A stretch of DNA of 20,000 nucleotides from Paraglomus brasilianum (Eukaryota), in the NCBI GenBank assembly GCA_910592345.1, contig CAJVPI010000042.1, positions 51,161 through 71,160 of the forward strand. Direction: 5' to 3'. Below, piece after piece: positions 11,908 through 20,000 of this stretch. A program made the translations under genes and the position numbers. Numbering within the stretch: the stretch's first letter is position 1; each line of letters begins with the position of its first letter. The notes under the pieces were generated by a model. That model was not told the origin of the DNA. It was given only the letters and a program-made list of their open reading frames with translations, and ran no database searches.

Positions 11908-13586
11908 ATTACAAGGGTAGATGGAAACGAGCTAAATTGTCGAACACACTAATATGACACGTTTCGCAAGAAATATATTAAATTACTTAGGGGGACATTT
12001 AGCAGTAAGCTGACCATCAAGTCACCCAGAGTTTTATAAAACAATAGGATTCACGTCTCTCACACTCCTTCACTCACTATTTGTTATACATACCATTTGA
12101 AATCAAAACATGCATCTATTTAACTAGAATTATCAACCTTATCCAAAAATATCGGATTACTTTCACGATGCGATAAATCCCAATATTCCAACGGCTTTAA
12201 TTTCATCAGATACATAAGATCTGCTATTTCAAAAATAATCTTGTTTTGCATATGGATCTTCTGTTTTTCCTGTCGTGCCGACGGTCACAGAGGAGAGCGG
12301 ATAACTATCGACACTTAGGATTTAACTTTTTTTCAACGGAGGTGTGGCTACTCCTACTCGCTAAGTTAAATATAACGACAGTTTGTGACCTATTACGTAG
12401 GCTTTACCTATTCACGAGTCTCTAATAGTCGTAGACGTCAAATACGTCGCTCCTCGAGTAAGTCTACTATTATCCACCGATGGGATTAGTTTCGATGGTC
12501 TAGTTCTGGGGTAGTTGTATAATGCTCAATGCATTGCTAATGAACGAATAATTATTGTAATTGCCACGGGAGTAATCACAGGGCCAGAGATCGATAATCA
12601 ATAATGTATTCCAGAGTATAAAGAACTATTATTAACATGATCGAACATGGTTATTTCTATCGGACAGTTGCACTTTCTATATCTTCTGAGACCAATATTG
12701 CCTAAATCTAGCTATGTGTACTATGTGCCAAATAAATCTAAAAACTAATTATTATACTACCGCTATTAATATTGCGGCGTTGCCAGATTGCACCACCCTA
12801 ATTATCGTTTTCTGGCACCTACTTAGTGTGTAAACTTGCTGTGCCGATCCCGAAATGTACGCAGAAATTGGGGTTATTATTAACATTAGTCCTCACACAA
12901 TATTTAAATTATGATACAAAAATATAAGATTATATGCAGTATGTAGAACACGTATACTACCCTCACATACAGGCAAAACTAAAAAAAGATCTTGATGTAT
13001 TTATAGATATTATTTTGACTACAATCTGTTTTATCTAGGACGCAATATAAATAAAAATGAGAAGCAGGTTATCAAATTATTTAAAAGCCACCCTTAAAGA
13101 TAATGCACTTAATAATTATAAATATGCAATGAATAAATCAAAGAAATTGGGTCAAATCCATTCAGTACAATTGATAATCAAAATGTAATACTTCACAAAT
13201 GATCAAGCATTTTCTAGAAAAGCAACTTCATATCCCTTGCTCAAATATACTGTATTTCGCGGATGCTCATTTATTAGTTTATTATATCATATTAGGATAT
13301 CAGCACCATATATTAATATGGATATAATACAGACAGAATGAACAGGATCTTTGTACCAATAATAAAAGATATCGCAACAAAATATAATAAATGACTAATA
13401 GCTTGCAATACATGTGCGAATGTTTTTATATTATGCCCGATAAAAAAAATCAATAGGAATTTATTAGGAATCCGGGAAAAAATTCCGGAGCCCCTTCGGA
13501 ATGCTTGGTTATTGGCTTAAAATCTTTTCAAAGGGACAATTTCCTCGGAATTCAATATTAAAATTTGTTAGGAAAATAACAAATTT

Positions 13587-13884
13587 TCAATACTGACAAT
13601 AACTTGATCTATAGCGGACGACACAAAATCCGCAGTAGGCTTTAAGTCTAAGCTGGGCACCGTAACCCTCACAATACCAGAGAGACTCAGAAGAAAGCCC
13701 TTGACCTAATAAATAATAAAAACAATAATAAGTTATGAAATCAAGAAGAGAAGAATTCTATTATTTATTTACCTAATTCTTTACCACAATAACTTCCACT
13801 ATAAAATTTATTGCACATCCAGGCAGAAGAATTGGAAACCAAAAATAATAAGAAAACCAAGAAAAGACGAATAAAATAACCCAT
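13587..13884 (-). CDS. Small secreted cysteine-rich protein (effector/antimicrobial candidate), 76 aa, 2 exons (13884-13773, 13705-13587)
   Basis: Splicing G|GTAAAT (13772) to TAG| (13706), a 67-nt intron, gives MGYFIRLFLVFLLFLVSNSSA-WMCNKFYSGSYCGKELGQGLSSESLWYCEGYGAQLRLKAYCGFCVVRYRSSYCQY*. This is a signal peptide plus a 55-aa mature part with C-x8-C-x15-C-x12-C-x2-C-x8-C. Confidence 0.85.
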
Positions 13885-13992
13885 AATTGAGAAATAGATA
13901 TTTGAGGATTGGGGTTTACTATAACATATCAAATATATACTACTCTTTATAATGTTTTCCTGAGAAAAAATAAAAGACACGTATCATGAAGT

Positions 13993-14112
13993 GCTAACCA
14001 AATTGGAGTTATTTGTTTTCATCAGAAGGTCATGCGAATGCAGAAATTTTTCACAAAGAAAAGACACGCTAACCAAATTAGAGTTATTTGTTTTCATTAG
14101 AAGGTCATGCGA
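13993..14112. repeat. Direct duplication of 45 bp (13993-14037 and 14068-14112; 43/45 identical; 75-bp period)
   Basis: GCTAACCAAATT(G/A)GAGTTATTTGTTTTCAT(C/T)AGAAGGTCATGCGA occurs twice, and AAAAGACACG lies upstream of each copy. Confidence 0.9.
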
Positions 14113-14482
14113 TTATATTACACCTAGAAGAGCGGCAGCCTTGGGATTTAGTCCTTTTCTGACGGAAGTTTTTGCTTCCTACTTCAGAATTTATACTCAC
14201 GATCTGTATTATCGGTCTCGTATACGCTGTCCCTAGATTATTATTTAACCTCGAAGTACTATATTAGATATATTAATATAATTTTTTTTGTGAAGGGTTG
14301 GTAATAGTGGTACTCAAATATAGTAGTGTAATGAGCAATTTGTATTTAAACTATTTATTTATTTATTTGAAGCTAATTTTATTATTAAATGCCATTTACT
14401 ACACTATTACTATCACTATAGAATTTAATATGTAAATGGATGGAACGATGTTGATTATCTTCTTATTTGTGATATTCTTTGA

Positions 14483-14818
14483 TTACTTCAGGAAAGCATC
14501 TCTTTGTAAACTCATGATTTGGACATTTTCCCATTTACGGCACTTACTTAAAGCAACATATGCTTGATCGACTGAGAATATACTAGAGTCAGGTGCTAGA
14601 GAAACACAAGGTAGGGTAATGCCCTGCGTTTTATGCATAGACGTGTGTTGGAAGAGAATAGTCTTTTGGAAGCGTGTGTGAAGACTGCGTAAGCGTTGAG
14701 ATGGTTTCCGTGGAGGAAATGTAGTGACCGATGGGTATGTGGTTGGATCGGATTGATTAGTAGATAGGTCGTTGATATATTGCAAGGCGTACGAAAAATT
14801 AGCAACTGGGGTTGGCAT
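14483..14818 (-). mobile_element. Internally deleted Helitron-like element relic retaining the C-terminal motifs of a Pif1-family helicase
   Basis: The ORF ends in SMHKTQGITLPCVSLAPDSSIFSVDQAYVALSKCRKWENVQIMSLQRDAF, corresponding to the Pif1/RecD-type C-terminal motifs (T-x-HK-x-QG-x-TL ... F-x-x-GQ-x-YVALSR), with degenerate G>D and R>K changes. No Walker A/B upstream. A short non-helicase N-terminus is fused directly to it. Confidence 0.8.
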
Positions 14819-16056
14819 TTGCCATTATTTGGGAAAGCGTGTTTGTACGTTCCGGTACGTAATATAGTTGAAATCGTGTCGAGACATATTGAAGATTGTT
14901 AGTGAATTAGCTTTTGGGTCGAGAGAGTTAATATATAAAAATTGGCGTATCTTGGCGCGTATCCGGGTGATTGTAATTTGATAGTGTCATTTAGCCATAG
15001 TGGTCAAATGATTACGTTCTGTGATTAACTGGAGTAATGTTCTATATGTCATCATAGGCAAAATTGAAATTAACCAACGTTTTGCGATGAGGTTAAAAAC
15101 GCGTCAAATAATTGGCTGCTAGTTTAATTTTCAATTTTCTCCTAACAATGGTAAATGAGAACGATGACATTTAACTGGAAATAAATTCTACTTGCATTGT
15201 TACTTTTTGGAGAACTGCTGACGTCAACATTGTTCACAACGTTGAAAAAGGTAGCCTTTTTGCGAAAGCTACAAGTAGTAGTATTGCGTGTGTACCGTAA
15301 TATGAGAATATTATGTGTGTAACATAAAAGGTATTAAAAATCATACTTGTGCGTAACATGGGAAGCGTGGCGTATACTGTATGTGCATCGTAGGAAGAGA
15401 CTATAATACACGAAGATAACTTCTTTAATAATTTGAGTAGAACTATATAAGGCTCCCGCAGCCATAATACGCACTTTATTAGAATCAATAGGCTAAAACG
15501 GCCAAAGCTACAGAAGTTTAGTTAAATAGCGGCAGCCAAAAATTATTCCCCTCCAGCAATCACATCTGCCGTCAAAGAGTATGTAACATTAAATTTAGGC
15601 CTTGGTGAATTATACGCGAACTGAAGTGTAAAGAAACGACAAACATAAAACGTAAAATATTAATTAATCTTCCTCAAAACTTGTTCATGCCCGAAAAAGG
15701 GTGTTCTTACACAATTACCAAAAATGGAAATGTTATGATATGCATAGACAAAAAAGGCAGCTATTTTATTCGTTCTTCAGTTAATTTTCCGTGTCAGAAA
15801 CAGATATTGATATATTGATAATAAATGATGAGTTGAAACAAAGGATTAATCCACGGAACATTAAATAAACGATTTTTTGAAATCAAATTATTATTAATTA
15901 ACCGGGTATGCCTATAAAAGCGGCTCACATAAAAGCTGTAAGATTTTCGGTTGATCAATTACGCGAATATCAGAACGAGAGTATATAATTAATATTGTAA
16001 ACGATTATTGTTTAATTAGTTTTAGAATAGGCAAGCGACGTTTACCCGACTGCTCG

Positions 16057-16115
16057 ACATACCAAATCGAAGATTCGCCCTGAATAATTAATTCCCCTTC
16101 GATTCTGTGGTATGT
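16057..16115. repeat. Imperfect hairpin / short inverted repeat
   Basis: ACATACCA-AATCGAAG (16057-16072) pairs with CTTCGATT-ctg-TGGTATGT (16097-16115): a 16-bp stem with a 3-nt bulge. Confidence 0.5.
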
Positions 16116-16461
16116 AATTGTTATTATTATTATATCATAGGTACCCTTATTTGGATGGGAGTGAAGAACGCGCACGTTAAATAATTAAATTAGGTCACTT
16201 GTAATTTTAGATTCAGTTGCAAAAGCAATCACCGATGAGCTGAAGCTAAATTAGAACATCCCCCCCCGACTGACAGAACTTAGTATAATAATAATTGTAG
16301 ATGGTATCATAATAATAACACAATTTATTTTACATCGCCATATCCCGACATAAGACATACCCAAATCTAATTATGTTTCATTCTTAGAATCGTATTCTGA
16401 AAAATTCAATTCCAAATAATCCTCAAGCATCTTTTTCACCCAATGAACCTCACAATGTAAA

Positions 16462-18990
16462 CTAGTGCACTCTCTTTGTTTTTGCTTGTGTTGGGGTGTA
16501 AATGATAGGATACTTGCATTGCCATTCAATGTGGTTTGATTCACGCCTTATTTGTGACTTTTCAAGCTTGACCAGATGTGCAATGGTTCCCTCAACATTC
16601 TTTTTGAATGTCAAAAGAGCATTAAGCACAGATTGTAGATTATGTAGGTCATATTTTGATGATGGTTTCCTCACAGTGTTAATAAGAACAAGATGAAATA
16701 ACCTCTTGTAGGGGACAAGAGCATAGAATTTTAGTTCAAACCCTATATAGAAATATATTTGGTTAGAGTTCCTTATAATAAACTTATCTGTTAACAAACC
16801 TTACCAATGTCCTGGAGACCCCAGAAAACCACAGCAGAAGTATCAACACCTTGAAACTTGCTACTTATGTAGAACCATATATCTCGCAGTTCCCATGAAA
16901 CTTTCATCTTGTCTCGCCATTCTTTGGCCGCAGAGCACTTTGGGACTCCTCCAGAAACTTCACCAACAGCAACTTCTGCCCCTCCAAATAAACCTGAGAA
17001 GTTTATACGTATATCTGTTCTGTAGTCCATTCTTGCACGGAGTTGAGGATCTCTGGTTTGATTTCTTCGATAAGCTGATGAAGCCAAACACCACTCACCA
17101 CTGAGGAAAGTTATCTATTTAGTTATCAATCAATACACACTAAGCTGTTTTCACACATCATCATGTGGTGTTTATTGAGCCCCCAATTGGACACTCAATA
17201 GATATGTAAGTTACAGATCTATACCAAAGACATTACAAAGCCACTTTACATATACCGACCAGGAGGCGACAGTGTGAAAACAGCCACTAATACAACACTA
17301 ATATTATATTGGACATATTAGATAACTCACTAGGAGATGACAAGATCAGGGTTAGTTTCTACTGTGGCATCAAGCAGTGGCATGAGTGTACGGCTTGTAT
17401 ATTCTGTCTCTGACATACCCCGACTTGCATTACGCCTTATATATTTAAGACTGAAAAATAAAGATGGGTTGTGAATTATGTCTTAGGCAAGTGATATTGC
17501 AAACAAAAATCATTCAGCAAACTTACATAGATATGAAGCACTCCTTGATTATTCGCTCTTTATTATCAGTTGGACAAACAGTATCATAATTATCAGACTA
17601 TAGGAAGAAAAAGTTACCAATAAAGTAATAACCAAAAAAACTGCAAAAAAAAAAGTTTTATGTAATAGTAAATAATACCTCTATAATGCGGCAAAGAAAT
17701 CTTGCTTCATCCTCATCTAATTCCTGGGTTTCCATTACAATCTTAGTCCTTATTTCTGATTGCATGTCCTGGAGATAGTCCTTTAGAAGAGAATTTGTAG
17801 GAGTATGTTGGCCAGTATGGTCGATAATATAGTACCAGAGGGGACTGTTGGATTTATGACAAGCATCAGAACAATCCAATAAGTATTACTGATTAGATTG
17901 CAATCACATAACTTACTGATACATCTGTTTGCATTTTGGAATGGATTTTCGTGCAGTCTCCACCATGGTCATTACATTCTCCCAATCAATATTTGTCGAC
18001 AGAGTTGAGTGTAATGGGAGAGGTTGCTCTTTCTCTAAATCCTCATCAATACACTTATCATTGTCATAATAATCACTATCATCATCTTCCCAACCAATGT
18101 CTGTTGAAGTTAAACATAATAATAATAGCAAAAAAGATTGCCTAGATTCCTAATATTATTAATATACTTGATCATCATAATTAGCATAATTACCATCATA
18201 ATCATCACTATCACTCTTTTCTGAATCCGTTTTGATGCTTTCAGGTTGAGGTTCTGAATCTGTTTCAATGCTCTCTGATTGAGGTTCTGATTCTGTTAAA
18301 CTATCATTCTTTTCTGAATCTGTTTCAATGCTTTCTGATGGAGGTTCTGATTCTGTTGTGATTGGACGATGGTCTGGGACAGGTGAGCAATTTTAGGGAA
18401 TTAAAATAAATTTAAAATTGATAAATAGTAAAAAAACTTTTACTAACTACCTGGACGTGGTGAGTCATTAAGCATTTGGCGAGCCCGTTTGTTTATGCAT
18501 TCACCATATATATTATGCTCCTCGTAAACGCGCTTGAATGTCGATGCTCTATGGATAAGCTACAATAACAGGTATGAATAGCAAGCCAATAGTACATAAT
18601 GTTCTTGGTATGCAAAAAAGTGTAAACTATGTTACATTGTCATACTGCATTTCTGCTTCTACCGTTTTCTCCCGGACAGTCTGCCAGTAATGGTCTGATT
18701 CCAAGTCATTGAGCATGAGCTTTTTGAGACAAAACTTCAGTTCGAGGAACTTATATTTAATCATACTCAAAGGTGAAAATACTTACAGATAACCGTCCAA
18801 TAAGCTCTATGGCATTAGCTTTTACCCTACGGTCATTATAATTTACAAAATGACACACCATGATGGCATACTCTCGTTCAGCCTCTGCCTTCTGTGCATA
18901 GGAATATTTAAATTTTTCGTAGAATTGTGCAGGATGGAGCTGGCTGTTCTTTTGTGAAAGAAACCAATTGATCTGTTCTTGAGTTGCCAT
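16462..18990 (-). CDS. 10-exon, ~564-aa protein with an acidic repeat linker and a C-terminal PD-(D/E)xK-like restriction-endonuclease-fold domain (Crinkler-related CR-REase type). Exons 18990-18787, 18719-18636, 18559-18451, 18373-18194, 18100-17917, 17844-17679, 17597-17527, 17450-17331, 17100-16805, 16742-16462
   Basis: Nine GT-AG introns (67, 76, 77, 93, 72, 81, 76, 230, 62 nt) join five of the listed ORFs into one uninterrupted frame. The C-terminus has SETEYT..LMPLLD..YGEWCLASSAYRRN..RARMDYRTD..EVAVGEVSGG..KEWRDKMK..LRD..WGLQDIGFELKFY, which matches the E...D...E-x-(S/K) REase pattern. The first acceptor (AAG at 18720) is the least certain junction. Confidence 0.82.
17144..17284. mobile_element. 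141-bp MITE inserted in intron 8 of the REase-like gene
   Basis: Perfect 13-bp TIRs GCTGTTTTCACAC (17144-17156) and GTGTGAAAACAGC (17272-17284), flanked by the direct repeat CACTAA (17138-17143 and 17285-17290). Removing the element plus one repeat copy reduces the intron from 230 to 83 nt. Confidence 0.85.
18208..18357 (-). repeat. Coding tandem repeat (TESEPxSESIETDSE units) in exon 4 of the REase-like gene
   Basis: Near-identical nucleotide units 60 bp apart (18253-18297 vs 18313-18357) plus a third partial copy. They translate to TESEPPSESIETDSEKNDSLTESEPQSESIETDSEPQPESIKTDSEKSDS. Confidence 0.85.
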
Positions 18991-19242
18991 GGACGCGTGC
19001 TAAGAATTTGCAGCGCGTTTGTATAATAATAATAACTAAGGTAGGCTAAACGGAGCAATTTCATTGGTTGTAAAAAATGTACGGGCATGTGATATACTTA
19101 AGATCACCAGCCAGTCATCAGCTGCGTTTACATCCATCCGCGACCCCAATGACCTTCTACTACGTACACTTAGCATCTTTCGGGACGTATAACTCTTTAT
19201 CTCACAACAGGTTTTGTTCCAATATTAAGTTTTTTTCGCAGG

Positions 19243-19750
19243 TTGTGTGGCAGAGAGATCAACAGCTCTTTGTGCTGGATGGTGCTGAGACAGGATTGCC
19301 GGACGCGTTGGTCGGCACAGTGGCTGTGGTCTGAGACAACTCTGGGCCCTGTCTTCACCACCACACAACCTTTCAGGTTGGATGATACACGGCATAGGAT
19401 ATTACTGGAAGCGTTGGTCGGCATATGTACAGCAGCAGTACCTGTGGTCTGAGACATCCAGAGTTCTATATCCGCACATCTTGCCTGAATTTATTGTAAC
19501 CATCCTTTTACTTTGCATAATCGTTGAGAATACAGGCAGTTTGTGTGGCAGAGAGATCAACAACTCTTTGTGCCGGATGGTGCAGAGACAGGATTGCCGG
19601 ACGCGTTGGTCGGCACATTGTCTGTGGTCTGAGACAACTCTGGGCCCTGTTTCCATCACCACACAACTGTTCTTTCTTGGTGGTGGTGCTGCAGATAGGA
19701 TTGCTGGAGGCATTAGTTCACAACATACACCGGTATTTGTGTTCTGAGAC
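19243..19750. repeat. GC-rich ~298-bp-period direct duplication with an internal sub-repeat
   Basis: 19243-19369 and 19541-19667 are highly similar without indels, and weaker similarity extends to 19455/19750. The sub-motif AGGATTGC.GGA.GCGTTGGTCGGCA...TGTGGTCTGAGAC appears four times with variation. Confidence 0.9.
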
Positions 19751-20000
19751 TTCACGTTCTATTTCCATCCATCTCTTTTTGTTGCATTGATAGTTGTATG
19801 ATAGCATGACTGCCTACTTTTTGTATTGTAAATACCCTTTCTTATATTGTAAACTTACATTTTTTTTATTGCATTTTATTTTATGCATACATACTAATAT
19901 TAATATTAAACTGCTACTAGTTTTACAGTAACGTGCAAAAGTATCCTACCGGTTGTATCATCTAAACGTACATAATAATAACTCCTTAAATTTTCCAGGA

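Noticed and set aside
13991..14236. 81-aa ORF with a repeated LTKLELFVFIRRSC peptide
   Set aside because: The peptide repeat is a by-product of the 75-bp-period DNA duplication. The ORF has a GTG start and overlaps the promoter of the opposite-strand gene.
19243..19750. CRISPR-like array (recurring motifs with variable intervening sequence)
   Set aside because: The intervening sequences are themselves duplicated, spacing is irregular, no cas genes are present, and the context is eukaryotic.
19077..19790. Six overlapping ORFs as protein-coding genes
   Set aside because: They arise from locally high GC and the duplication. No frame is consistently open across both copies, and there are no recognisable motifs.
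15527..19920. One large Helitron-like element capturing the REase gene (TAGCGGCAG... to ...CTGCTACTAG)
   Set aside because: The terminal match is short and mismatched, with no 3' hairpin. It cannot be supported without other genomic copies.

Overview
AT-rich, intron-containing fungal genomic DNA. The short (~60-95 nt) GT-AG introns, a BTB-BACK-TLDc gene, a Crinkler-type REase-like gene and a Helitron/Pif1 relic together suggest an arbuscular mycorrhizal fungus (Glomeromycotina); this is inference, not a database hit. I reconstructed six spliced genes by hand: (1) a 3'-truncated promethin/LDAF1-like membrane protein gene (-); (2) a 5-exon complex I subunit NDUFS6/NUMM (-); (3) a divergently transcribed 2-exon hypothetical gene (+); (4) a 2-exon BTB-BACK-TLDc gene (-); (5) a 2-exon, 76-aa secreted six-cysteine peptide that the ORF track misses (-); and (6) a 10-exon, ~564-aa protein with a C-terminal PD-(D/E)xK-like (CR-REase) domain (-). 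The right half looks like an accessory, effector- and TE-rich zone. It contains an internally deleted Helitron-like Pif1 relic, a 141-bp MITE with perfect 13-bp TIRs and a 6-bp flanking direct repeat inside the one oversized intron of the REase gene, a 45-bp duplication upstream of the secreted peptide, and a GC-rich nested ~298-bp duplication upstream of the REase gene. A tiny TA-flanked pogo-like MITE and a decayed ORF ending in an SV40-type NLS lie near 1.7-2.3 kb. No rRNA, tRNA or CRISPR array was seen.
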